A stretch of 64,000 bases of DNA from Alphaproteobacteria bacterium. Its GTDB lineage: Bacteria; Pseudomonadota; Alphaproteobacteria; CAAHEQ01; UBA3637. The notes under the pieces were generated by a model. The model made no database searches, had not been told where the DNA came from, and saw only the letters and a list, made by a program, of their open reading frames with translations. This document shows positions 18,196-26,988 of this stretch, piece by piece. Each line of letters begins with the position of its first letter. Position 1 is the stretch's first letter. Both the position numbers and the translations under genes were made by a program. The stretch covers positions 8,443 to 72,442 of the forward strand of contig JAFYRI010000009.1 of assembly GCA_017559525.1 (NCBI GenBank), given 5' to 3'.

Positions 18196-20712
18196 TTAGT
18201 AGCATAACATGGCGTTGCCACTTGTGGAGTAGAGTCCTGCAGCAATGCGCCTAGATAGATTGAATGACACACTATAGCTATGAAGCCCTGCTGATAGGTA
18301 GGTGCTGAAGGTAGGCGCCTTACTTCCTTCTTGCCCTCCATTTTTAGTATAGTATATTCTATATCCATCTATATATGCCTCATACGAATTAATGATGCCC
18401 TTTTCTAGAACTACTTCACTTGCGAAGAATGTGTAGGTACCACTTTGGGGAACCATAATATATCCGCTTGCTGCTACTTGGCATGGTCCTGGATGATCTA
18501 CATCACACCATGCAATAAAGCCTTTGTTTCGCCCCTCTAGACCATAGCAACCACCATTTGTGCTGTCAATTTTATATCCTTGAGATAATCCGAAGTTGCT
18601 ACATGATGATGGGATGAAGCATTTATTTTGGTACCAAGCATTTGCACAGTAAACACATTGTTTTGTGTCGGAGTTATAATAATAACCAGAACCTAATGAA
18701 GCACAAGGAACGCATTGAGAACCATTCCAATATGGTTTATCGGTTGGACATATACATTGTTTTGTTGAACTATCCCAATATGTTTTTTGGGAATTTATAC
18801 TAGCGCAAGTGACACATTGTGAACCGTTCCAATATGGTGTTGCAGATGGGCAAGTTGTACATTGTGTACCATTCCAATAAGGACGTTCAGTTGGGCATGT
18901 TTTTAAGCATTGTTTTTGTACATTATCCCAATATGGTGTTGAAGGATTTTTATCAGCACAGGTTTCGCATTTGTTGCCATTCCAATTTGTGCCAATTGGA
19001 CAAGGACCGCATTCGAAATAATCTTCAGAATCTTTTGTAATTAACTGAGGATATGGATTAGTATCGGGACATGTACTGACACATTGTTTGTTTTCTGAAT
19101 CCCAATATGGTTTATCGGTATTGTATTTTTCGGCAAAAGCTGTACATCTGAGACATGTTGTATCTTCTTTTTTAGAGAATGTTCCGGTTGGACATTCCCA
19201 ACATTCTGAACCACGACCTATGTGATTATCTGGACAATACAGACATAATTGAGAATTGTGATTCCATTTGCCGCTAGGACAACTTTCACATTTTTTAGTA
19301 AAAGGATTGTAAAGTTTTTTGTTGTTTTCATCGCACATCACACATCTGTATGGTCCACTTCCATACGCTATTTTTTTGCCTTGACATGTGACGCATGCTT
19401 TTATTGAGTTATCCCACATTTGTGCATCGGGGCATATTTGACATCGTTTTAATTGAGTGTTCCAATAGGGTCTATATCCGACACCGACATTATCTTTGAT
19501 TAGTCCTTCACATCCGACACACTCTGTTCCATCCCAATATGGTGTATCATCTGAACAAGCTACACATTGTGTTCCATTCCAAGATGGGGTTTCCTCAGGA
19601 CAAAACGTACATTGTGTTCCATCCCAGTATGGTGTTTTATCTCCAAATCGATCGGCACATGATACGCATTGCGAACCATGCCATATGGGTTTGTCTAGAG
19701 GACAGCAGGCACGGTCACTCAAAACAGGCTTGTCCGCAGGGCAATTTGTCAAACATGAAGGGTTGCCACTATTATTAATCTCAAAATATGGAGATGATGG
19801 GGGGCAAGTAACAACCAATTGATAAAGAGTTGTTTCGGGGTATAAAGTTGTTGTTGGTGTATACGTGTGTGTGCTTTCAAATATTTCTGTTGTTTCAAAT
19901 ATTTCTGTTGTTTCCCAAAGGGATGTTGTTTCGGTTAGGGTTGTTGATGAAGATATTTCTGTTGTTTCAAAAGTGGTTATAGATGTTTCAATCAACGTTG
20001 TTTTAGTATTATTGCCTACATCAGATGTAAGAATGATATCTGATGTTTCAACATTTTTTTCTTGTTCAATTTTAATGCAAATATGATCTTCGCATACTTC
20101 ATTATCTTTACAATCTTCAGCAGTGGTACATGCCTTAACGCAAATGCCATTTATTTCTTCGCCAGACCAACAAATACAGGAATTTGTGGCTTCTTCCCAG
20201 TGTCGTTCTGTTAAATCACATTCACAGGTATTGGGATCAGCTCCTTTAGGAGTGTCGGATGGGCATTCTTTTGTTGTTGGGTTTATGGTTGTTTTTTTAA
20301 ATAAAACAATTAAGTTATTGTTTTCTTCACATTCTTCCAAAAGTTGTCCATCTGTTGAATAAATTTTAACATCTAACGTGTTTTTTATATTATCTAATGC
20401 TATATCGCATATTGTTTTGGGAACATCAAATATCTGAAGTCCAATGGAAATATTGTCATAAGTAATATCGTATCCTAACTTACTTTTGGGACTGAATTTA
20501 GCTAAACTGACATTTTTTTTACGATTATCAAGTTGTTTTTCAACTTCTAAACTTCTTTGTAATATCTCATCTGATAAAATATTAGCATGATATTTATTTA
20601 TCAAATAAGTATAGATTTCTAATAAGAAAATAGATAAAACGCCGATAATTGACAGTATACCTAGCATTTCAAACATGGATTGACCATATTGCGATTTGTT
20701 TTTTATATCCAT
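18196..20712 (-). CDS. Giant modular type IV pilin-like protein (838 aa): pilin N-terminal module, Thr/Glu-rich linker, cysteine-rich repeat array, PA14-like C-terminal domain
   Basis: The N-terminus MDIKNKSQYG|QSMFEMLGILSIIGVLSIFLLEIYTYLINKYHAN is paralogous to the short pilin at 5194. The TETTEIFETTEIF linker follows. There are about 11 repeats of ...C..C...(T/S)PYW(N/D)G(T/S)QC. The C-terminus SGYIMVPQSGTYTFFASE...DGYRIYY matches the PA14/GLEYA pattern. Confidence 0.7.
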   Translation of the reverse strand: MDIKNKSQYGQSMFEMLGILSIIGVLSIFLLEIYTYLINKYHANILSDEILQRSLEVEKQLDNRKKNVSLAKFSPKSKLGYDITYDNISIGLQIFDVPKTICDIALDNIKNTLDVKIYSTDGQLLEECEENNNLIVLFKKTTINPTTKECPSDTPKGADPNTCECDLTERHWEEATNSCICWSGEEINGICVKACTTAEDCKDNEVCEDHICIKIEQEKNVETSDIILTSDVGNNTKTTLIETSITTFETTEISSSTTLTETTSLWETTEIFETTEIFESTHTYTPTTTLYPETTLYQLVVTCPPSSPYFEINNSGNPSCLTNCPADKPVLSDRACCPLDKPIWHGSQCVSCADRFGDKTPYWDGTQCTFCPEETPSWNGTQCVACSDDTPYWDGTECVGCEGLIKDNVGVGYRPYWNTQLKRCQICPDAQMWDNSIKACVTCQGKKIAYGSGPYRCVMCDENNKKLYNPFTKKCESCPSGKWNHNSQLCLYCPDNHIGRGSECWECPTGTFSKKEDTTCLRCTAFAEKYNTDKPYWDSENKQCVSTCPDTNPYPQLITKDSEDYFECGPCPIGTNWNGNKCETCADKNPSTPYWDNVQKQCLKTCPTERPYWNGTQCTTCPSATPYWNGSQCVTCASINSQKTYWDSSTKQCICPTDKPYWNGSQCVPCASLGSGYYYNSDTKQCVYCANAWYQNKCFIPSSCSNFGLSQGYKIDSTNGGCYGLEGRNKGFIAWCDVDHPGPCQVAASGYIMVPQSGTYTFFASEVVLEKGIINSYEAYIDGYRIYYTKNGGQEGSKAPTFSTYLSAGLHSYSVSFNLSRRIAAGLYSTSGNAMLCY
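19876..20000 (-). repeat. 18-bp tandem repeat (about 7 units, two identical) encoding the (E-T-T-E-I-F)n mucin-like linker of the giant pilin
   Basis: TTTCAAATATTTCTGTTG occurs twice in tandem at 19876-19911, followed by degenerate 18-bp units. Confidence 0.7.
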
Positions 20713-20755
20713 TTTAAGGCTCCTATTTTCTTATTGATTTTATGATAAGTATACT

Positions 20756-20777
20756 CTTTCTTTATACCTAAAGAAAG
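20756..20777 (-). promoter_or_regulatory. Perfect 9-bp inverted repeat (CTTTCTTTA-TACC-TAAAGAAAG) in the 5' leader/promoter region of the giant pilin gene
   Basis: Seen directly. It lies about 45-65 nt upstream of the start codon, which has the SD AGGAGCC. Confidence 0.3.
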
Positions 20778-20828
20778 TTAATATTTTGATAACAAGTAAA
20801 TAGATATTTTTATGTCATTAAAAATATG

Positions 20829-21317
20829 TTATTTCTTTTTTAGCATTGCTTCACCAATCGCATAAGTGCGTTGTTTTAATTCTTCATCATCAATTAAAGC
20901 AACTTTTTGGGCTAATTCCTTTAATTTTTTGCTGTCTATTGGTTTTGTTAATTGTATTGTTGGCATAGATAGTTTTAAGGAACCTTGTATCATTTTAATG
21001 TGAGATACAGCAGGGTATCCAAAAAAAGCATTGATGCGTTCTAAAACACGACGTTTTTGGTGTTCGAATAACATAGCAAAAGCACCACCAGCTGTTTTGA
21101 CGACTAACGTTCCTTTTGAGCGGGAGTTGCCTTCAAAAGTTAATTTTTCTGGTTTGATTCCTCTAGACAAATCAGGTCCAACAATTTCTTCCCAACTTTC
21201 CAAGATATCGGCTCCGGAAAAACCGCGAGTTCCAAGAGCTTTACGTGTTAATACGCGCACTTCTGGCACTAAAGTGGCTAATCCTTCATAATCCCGTCTG
21301 CCATTTTCTTTAACCAT
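20829..21317 (-). CDS. DUF721 (DciA-like) family protein
   Basis: 162 aa. The overall pattern is FSGADILESWEEIVG...GTLVVKTAGGAFAMLFEHQKRRVLERINAFFG. Confidence 0.45.
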   Translation of the reverse strand: MVKENGRRDYEGLATLVPEVRVLTRKALGTRGFSGADILESWEEIVGPDLSRGIKPEKLTFEGNSRSKGTLVVKTAGGAFAMLFEHQKRRVLERINAFFGYPAVSHIKMIQGSLKLSMPTIQLTKPIDSKKLKELAQKVALIDDEELKQRTYAIGEAMLKKK

Positions 21318-22438
21318 TACATTTTCCGATCATGTGCGTATTTTGCCATGAAATCATCATGAAATTGTTGATAACGATTTTCTTCAATGGCTAATCGAAT
21401 TTGTTTCATTAAATTTTGATAGAAATGAATATTATGCTGTGTCAGGAGCATACTGCCCAAAATTTCACCGGCACGAATTAAATGATGAATATAACCACGT
21501 GTATATTGTGTGCAAGCAGGGCAAGTGCACTCTGCATCTAATGGTGAATGGTCATCAATATGACGAGCGTTGCGCATGTTTAAAACGCCATGGCTGGTAA
21601 AGGCTTGGCCCGTGCGACCTGAGCGAGATGGCATCACACAATCAAACATATCGACACCACGTAAAACGGCTCCAACAATATCACTTGGGCGACCAACTCC
21701 CATTAAATAGCGAGGTTTATTATCTGGCAAAGCACATGCTGTATAATCCAATACAGAAAACATCATTTCTTGCCCCTCGCCAACGGCTAATCCGCCGATA
21801 GCATAACCATCGAATCCAATATCTGTCAATGCCTTGATAGATTGCATACGTAAATCTTCATGCATACCACCCTGAACGATACCAAAAATGCCGTATCCAT
21901 TGCGATCTTTAAAAGCATCTTTAGATCGTTTTGCCCATCTCATAGACATTTCCATCGATTTTTTGACAGCAGGTTTTTGTGATGGATATTTAATGCATTC
22001 GTCAAAAGCCATGGTAATATTGGAATCTAATAAATATTGAATTTCCATAGAACGTTCCGGTGATAACATATGACGAGAACCATCAATATGAGATTGGAAT
22101 GCAACGCCTTCCTCTGTTATTTTTCTGAGGCCAGATAAACTCATAACCTGAAAGCCGCCTGAGTCTGTTAAAATTGGTCCATGCCAGTTCATAAATTTGT
22201 GTAAACCACCAAACGAGGCAACGCGTTCTGCAGTTGGGCGTAACATTAAATGGTATGTGTTTCCTAAAATAATTTCGGCACCTGTAGATTTAACCATTTC
22301 TGGGGTCATAGCCTTAACCGTTCCACATGTGCCGACAGGCATAAAAGCGGGTGTTTGCACTGTACCATGAGCTGTTTCAAGTTCACCGCGACGGGCTTTG
22401 TTTTCGGTTGCTTTTAAATTAAATTTTAACATGGACAA
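21317..22438 (-). CDS. tgt: Queuine tRNA-ribosyltransferase
   Basis: 373 aa. [16 protein letters not shown] start. Zn site CxCxxC...H ([16 protein letters not shown]). Confidence 0.9.
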   Translation of the reverse strand: MSMLKFNLKATENKARRGELETAHGTVQTPAFMPVGTCGTVKAMTPEMVKSTGAEIILGNTYHLMLRPTAERVASFGGLHKFMNWHGPILTDSGGFQVMSLSGLRKITEEGVAFQSHIDGSRHMLSPERSMEIQYLLDSNITMAFDECIKYPSQKPAVKKSMEMSMRWAKRSKDAFKDRNGYGIFGIVQGGMHEDLRMQSIKALTDIGFDGYAIGGLAVGEGQEMMFSVLDYTACALPDNKPRYLMGVGRPSDIVGAVLRGVDMFDCVMPSRSGRTGQAFTSHGVLNMRNARHIDDHSPLDAECTCPACTQYTRGYIHHLIRAGEILGSMLLTQHNIHFYQNLMKQIRLAIEENRYQQFHDDFMAKYAHDRKM

Positions 22439-22467
22439 ATTTTTCTTTCTGTGTTATAAGTTTTATA

Positions 22468-23232
22468 ATGAAAAAAATGTATCATAAAAAGGAAAAGAAT
22501 TCAATGAAAAATAATAATACTAAGAAAAGTTCAGGTTGGTTTGGTTTGGTATTAGCAGGATTCGCCGCGTTAACTATTCGCTCTTGCGCATTTGAACCAT
22601 ACAATATTCCATCCAGTTCTATGGTGCCAACATTATTAATTGGGGATTATTTATTTATTTCAAAATATCCATATGGATATTCTAAGCATTCTTTCCCATT
22701 TTCTATTCCATTTGTCGGGCAGGGACGTGTTTTTGATAATGAACCAAAGCGTGGTGATGTTGTTATTTTTAAAGAACCCCAAAAAAATCGTGTTGATTAT
22801 ATTAAACGTGTTATTGGATTACCAGGCGAAACAATTGAAATGCGAGAGGGGCGTTTGTATATCAATGGTGAATTAATTGAACGTAAATATATTGGTCAAG
22901 AACGTCAAGAAACAGAACATGGCAATATGCTTTATATGCATTATACTGAGGTTTTACCTGGAGGTTTGGAACATCCAATCTATGAACTTGGTGATTATAT
23001 GCAATATGATTCTTTTGGTCCTTTCACTGTTCCGACAGATCATTATTTTATGATGGGTGATAATCGTGATAATTCCGCAGATAGTCGTTATTTTGGGGCC
23101 GTGCCAGCATTGAATTTGGAAGGACGTGCCGAATTTATTTTCTATTCCAATAATGGTGCTGGCTACTTCTTTGAGTTTTGGAAATGGGGCGACAGTTTAC
23201 GGTTGGATCGTTTCTTTATGGGGATAAAGTAA
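22468..23232 (+). CDS. lepB: Signal peptidase I (true start possibly the ATG at 22504)
   Basis: PSSSMVPTLLIGDYLFISK (Ser box), GDNRDNSADSRYFG. lepB-rnc-era-recO synteny. Confidence 0.85.
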   Translation: MKKMYHKKEKNSMKNNNTKKSSGWFGLVLAGFAALTIRSCAFEPYNIPSSSMVPTLLIGDYLFISKYPYGYSKHSFPFSIPFVGQGRVFDNEPKRGDVVIFKEPQKNRVDYIKRVIGLPGETIEMREGRLYINGELIERKYIGQERQETEHGNMLYMHYTEVLPGGLEHPIYELGDYMQYDSFGPFTVPTDHYFMMGDNRDNSADSRYFGAVPALNLEGRAEFIFYSNNGAGYFFEFWKWGDSLRLDRFFMGIK

Positions 23233-23233
23233 A

Positions 23234-23857
23234 ATGTTAGAAAAATTATTTCGTAATAAAGAATTATTAAAACAAGCCTTGACCTTATCACATCATGGGA
23301 AATCGGCCCCCTATGAACGATTGGAATTTTTAGGCGATCGCGTATTGGGATTAATTATTGCCGATATGCTGTATCATACATTTGATAAGGAAAAAGAAGG
23401 TGAATTGGCACGTCGTTTCACAGGATTAGTGCGAGAAGAAACCTTGGCTCAAATTGCGGTTCAACTCAATTTGGGAGAAATGATGATTACCAAAGAGCAT
23501 GAACTCAGAGCTAATCGTTCTGTTTTATCGGATGTGTGTGAGGCTGTATTAGGGGCTTTGTATTTGGATAGTGGCTTAGAAGCCGTTCGTTCATTTATGG
23601 AACCCATTTGGACGCCATTGTTGCATATGGATAAAAAGGCTCCCAAAGATGCCAAATCTGCTTTACAAGAATGGGCTCAACAACACGGACATAAATTACC
23701 TGTTTATACGTTAATTGATAAGACGGGTGAAGAACATGCACCGAGATTTATTATGCAGGTAGATGTTGATGGATTAGGTCAAGCAATCGGTGAAGGAACA
23801 AACAAAAAAACGGCAGAACAAACAGCTGCCAGCAATTTATTGAAACAGGTGAAATAA
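23234..23857 (+). CDS. rnc: Ribonuclease III
   Basis: ERLEFLGDRVLGL signature. C-terminal dsRBD. Confidence 0.9.
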   Translation: MLEKLFRNKELLKQALTLSHHGKSAPYERLEFLGDRVLGLIIADMLYHTFDKEKEGELARRFTGLVREETLAQIAVQLNLGEMMITKEHELRANRSVLSDVCEAVLGALYLDSGLEAVRSFMEPIWTPLLHMDKKAPKDAKSALQEWAQQHGHKLPVYTLIDKTGEEHAPRFIMQVDVDGLGQAIGEGTNKKTAEQTAASNLLKQVK

Positions 23858-24759
23858 TGACAGATATTAATAATCAACATTTTGCTTTCGTAGCTGTGCT
23901 TGGTGCACCAAATGCCGGTAAATCCACATTAGTTAACCGCTTAATCGGAGCAAAGATTTCTATTGTATCGCCCAAAGTGCAAACAACTCGTTCTCGGATT
24001 CGAGGCATCTTTGTTGAAGGTGATACACAATTGATTTTAGTGGATACACCAGGGATTTTCAAACCAGGCCGTCGTTTAGATAGAGCCATGGTGGCTTCGG
24101 CTTGGACAGAGGCAGAAGATTCCGATTTGCGTTTATTGTTGGTTGATGCTGTTAAAGGTATTGATAAAAATACGCAAAGCATTATTTCCAATTTGCAAAA
24201 TAATAAGCAACGATGCATTTTGGTTATCAACAAAATTGATGCCATTTCCAAAGATAAGTTGTTGCCATTAATCGCCAGTTTAAATAAGGCAAATATCTTT
24301 TCGGATACATTCTTAATTTCTGCCGAAACAGGTGAAAATGTTGATGAGCTCAAAAATTATCTGATTGCTAAGGCACCTAAAGGCATGTGGATGTTTCCGG
24401 ATGATCAATTGACGGATTTACCGAACAGATTATTTGCTGCCGAAATTACACGTGAAAAGTTATTTATGGCTTTGCAACAAGAATTGCCATATTCTGTTGC
24501 GGTTCAAACAACATCATTTAAAGAACAAAAATCAGGCATTCGTATTGAACAAACCATTTATGTGGAACGTGAAGGGCAAAAATCTATCGTTTTGGGTAAA
24601 AATGGCCAAATGATTAAAAAGGTTGGTGAACGCGCCCGTTATGAGTTGTCAAAATTATTTGAAATGCCGGTTCATTTGTTTTTGTTTGTTAAGGTTAAAG
24701 AAAACTGGGTAGATGATCAAAGCCAGTATTCTGATTGGGGATTGGATTTTAATGCCTGA
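23857..24759 (+). CDS. era: GTPase Era
   Basis: FVAVLGAPNAGKSTLVN G1 motif, DTPG, NKID. KH domain. Confidence 0.9.
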   Translation: MTDINNQHFAFVAVLGAPNAGKSTLVNRLIGAKISIVSPKVQTTRSRIRGIFVEGDTQLILVDTPGIFKPGRRLDRAMVASAWTEAEDSDLRLLLVDAVKGIDKNTQSIISNLQNNKQRCILVINKIDAISKDKLLPLIASLNKANIFSDTFLISAETGENVDELKNYLIAKAPKGMWMFPDDQLTDLPNRLFAAEITREKLFMALQQELPYSVAVQTTSFKEQKSGIRIEQTIYVEREGQKSIVLGKNGQMIKKVGERARYELSKLFEMPVHLFLFVKVKENWVDDQSQYSDWGLDFNA

Positions 24760-25429
24760 ATTTAAAACACATAAGTCATTGGTTTTATCCTCCCGTAAAT
24801 TGGGGGAAAATTCTTATGTGGTCAGTCTTTTTACAAAAGAATTTGGCAAACATTTAGGTGTGTGTAAAAGAAAATCTCCACCTGCAACTGGTACTTTTGT
24901 GGAGGGACGGTGGCAAGCCAGACTTCCCGAACAAATGGGAACATACTATTTGGAAAATGCAGAACCACTCAGTGCTCTCTTTTTGGATGATAAAAAACGT
25001 CTTGCTTGTGTGGCTAGTGTTTGTGCATTGCTAGATGGTGTGTTGCCGGAACGTCAAAATGTTGGTATTTTGTTTGATGAAACAATGGATATGTTATCGG
25101 ATTTGGAAAATGATGATTTCTTATCCCGATATGTGAAATGGGAACAAAATTTACTTGGCACAATAGGTTTTGGCCTTGATTGTTCGGGGTGTGCCGGCGG
25201 TGGAGATGATAACGATTTGGCTTATATCTCCCCTAAAACAGGCCGTGCTGTCAGTCGAGAAAAGGGGCATCCATATCATGATAAGTTATTGGAATTACCT
25301 GCTTTTTTGTGGACTGAGCAAGGAGCAACTGCTTCGGATATCCAAGCGGGATTGAAATTAACGGGCTATTTTTTTGAAAACTATTCACCACTTAAATCAT
25401 TGCCTAAGGTACGTGAATTGTTGTATTGA
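24752..25429 (+). CDS. recO: DNA repair protein RecO (ATG start inside the longer TTG-started ORF; overlaps the era stop)
   Basis: MPEFKTHKSLVLSSRKLGENSYVVSLFTKEFGKHLGVCK matches the RecO N-terminal OB fold. A Cys cluster CSGCAGGG is present. Confidence 0.8.
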   Translation: MPEFKTHKSLVLSSRKLGENSYVVSLFTKEFGKHLGVCKRKSPPATGTFVEGRWQARLPEQMGTYYLENAEPLSALFLDDKKRLACVASVCALLDGVLPERQNVGILFDETMDMLSDLENDDFLSRYVKWEQNLLGTIGFGLDCSGCAGGGDDNDLAYISPKTGRAVSREKGHPYHDKLLELPAFLWTEQGATASDIQAGLKLTGYFFENYSPLKSLPKVRELLY

Positions 25430-25851
25430 TTTTGTTCATCTGTTGGTAGATGTATTTTTGATGAATGATTTAACGGTATATTTTGTGGATTGTTATAAAA
25501 TTTATTATACAGATAATGTGAAAATCTGATTGTTAAAATAATGCTCATAATGATGCAGCTTACCAATAAAGTGTGTTCATCTTTAAAATGGCTTAACCAA
25601 GAAAAAGGTTTTTCATTTATTGTAAACCAATAAACTAAGATAATAAAAGCCCCTAAACTTAACGAAATGAACCAATCACTAGCTAATTTAAAACAAATGG
25701 CAGTTAAACTGTTTTCCCATCCCTTTATTTGTCTTCGAAACCATAAAGATAAAAATAAAGCGATAAATACGGTTCCAAGCAAAAGAACATGTCCAAGGTA
25801 TCCTGTAAAAATCAAACTCATAAGTATCAACAAAAATAATGCATGAATCAT
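25381..25851 (-). CDS. Hypothetical integral membrane protein
   Basis: Four predicted TM helices. The start overlaps the stop of the upstream GtrA-like gene (ATGA). Confidence 0.4.
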   Translation of the reverse strand: MIHALFLLILMSLIFTGYLGHVLLLGTVFIALFLSLWFRRQIKGWENSLTAICFKLASDWFISLSLGAFIILVYWFTINEKPFSWLSHFKDEHTLLVSCIIMSIILTIRFSHYLYNKFYNNPQNIPLNHSSKIHLPTDEQNQYNNSRTLGNDLSGE

Positions 25852-26279
25852 AATGTTTTCTCTATTTTATTTCTAAATGCAAAATGTTTTAACATGATCC
25901 AACTGAAAATGGTGAGTATGACCAAAATGATGATTTGTGCGATGTAGGCATCTATACCGATTCCATCTACAAAACCCCATAACAAAGCGGCATTTAATCC
26001 ATAACTGATTCCCCAAGTACCAAGACATTTGACAAATTCCGGCCATGCAGGTGCTTTTGAGCCAAATACATAAATTTTTTGTGTCCAAAAACTGTTGATA
26101 GAACTGATTGCAAAGGATAAAGCTAATACCAATTGTTCATACTGTCCATTAAATAGCCATAACAAACTGGCAAATAAAAGGTACGAAAAAACGGTGTTAT
26201 AACCACCCACCAACAAAAATCTGATTTTTTGAGGCCACCTCATCCACCAACGATATATTTTTAAATATAATCCAATCAT
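25848..26279 (-). CDS. GtrA-family membrane protein (polysaccharide synthesis/translocation accessory)
   Basis: RFLLVGGYNTVFSYLLFASLLWLF start, 4 TM, about 140 aa. Confidence 0.6.
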   Translation of the reverse strand: MIGLYLKIYRWWMRWPQKIRFLLVGGYNTVFSYLLFASLLWLFNGQYEQLVLALSFAISSINSFWTQKIYVFGSKAPAWPEFVKCLGTWGISYGLNAALLWGFVDGIGIDAYIAQIIILVILTIFSWIMLKHFAFRNKIEKTL

Positions 26280-26357
26280 AAGTCACAGCATACGCCGATA
26301 AATAATATCCGTCAAGAATAACTTGAAAAAGAATGGATAATATGATAGGATACATTT

Positions 26358-26891
26358 ATGAAAAATGAAAAAATGTTATTGGTTTCTTGTTGTGCCCCGT
26401 GTAGTGGGGGTGTGATTAAAAGTCTTGCTGAACAAGGCAGAAATTTTGCCGTTTTATTTTATAATCCGAATATTCGTCCGTTGTCTGAATATGAACGCCG
26501 GCGAGATGAAAATAAACGTGTATGTGAAGCATTTAAAGTGCCCTTTATTGAGTTGGAATATAATCCATGTGTGTGGGATGAAGCAACTATAGGGTTATTG
26601 AATGAACCTGAACGTGGTAAACGGTGTGATATTTGTTTTTATTTGCGTTTAAAAAAAGCGGCTGAATATGCTAAAGAAAATGGCTATACATGTTTTGCTT
26701 CCGTTTTAGGAATTTCACGATATAAAGATTTTGATCAAGTGTGTCGTGCGGGACAACGGGCTAGTGATGAAGTCGGTATTCCTTATGATATGACAAATTG
26801 GCGTAAAGACGGTGGTGAAGAATTACGCCGAGCAGTTGAAACAGAATTTAATATGTACCGTCAACGTTATTGTGGATGCAGACCAAGATAA
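26358..26891 (+). CDS. queH: Epoxyqueuosine reductase QueH (DUF208)
   Basis: LLVSCCAPCS...YNPNIRP...RCDICFYLRL...RYCGC Cys pattern. Confidence 0.7.
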   Translation: MKNEKMLLVSCCAPCSGGVIKSLAEQGRNFAVLFYNPNIRPLSEYERRRDENKRVCEAFKVPFIELEYNPCVWDEATIGLLNEPERGKRCDICFYLRLKKAAEYAKENGYTCFASVLGISRYKDFDQVCRAGQRASDEVGIPYDMTNWRKDGGEELRRAVETEFNMYRQRYCGCRPR

Positions 26892-26941
26892 ATTATTTTA
26901 TAGATATAAAATATCCTCTGTTTTGAGAATTTTTTATTTAC

Positions 26942-26973
26942 AAAAATCTCCCGCCAAAAGGTGGGAGATTTTG
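26942..26973. terminator. Bidirectional terminator between convergent queH and PFOR genes
   Basis: AAAA-ATCTCCCGCC-AAAA-GGTGGGAGAT-TTTG. Confidence 0.65.
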
Positions 26974-26988
26974 CAAGATATTTTCTGA

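Noticed and set aside
18096-18368. 90-aa minus-strand ORF overlapping the 3' end of the giant pilin gene
   Set aside because: It is out of frame with, and overlaps, the better-supported pilin C-terminus, and it runs through the terminator hairpin.
19860-20090. Possibility that the 18-bp repeats represent a CRISPR-like or noncoding repeat array
   Set aside because: The units are contiguous without spacers and are in frame within a long ORF encoding a Thr/Glu-rich linker. No cas genes or leader are present.
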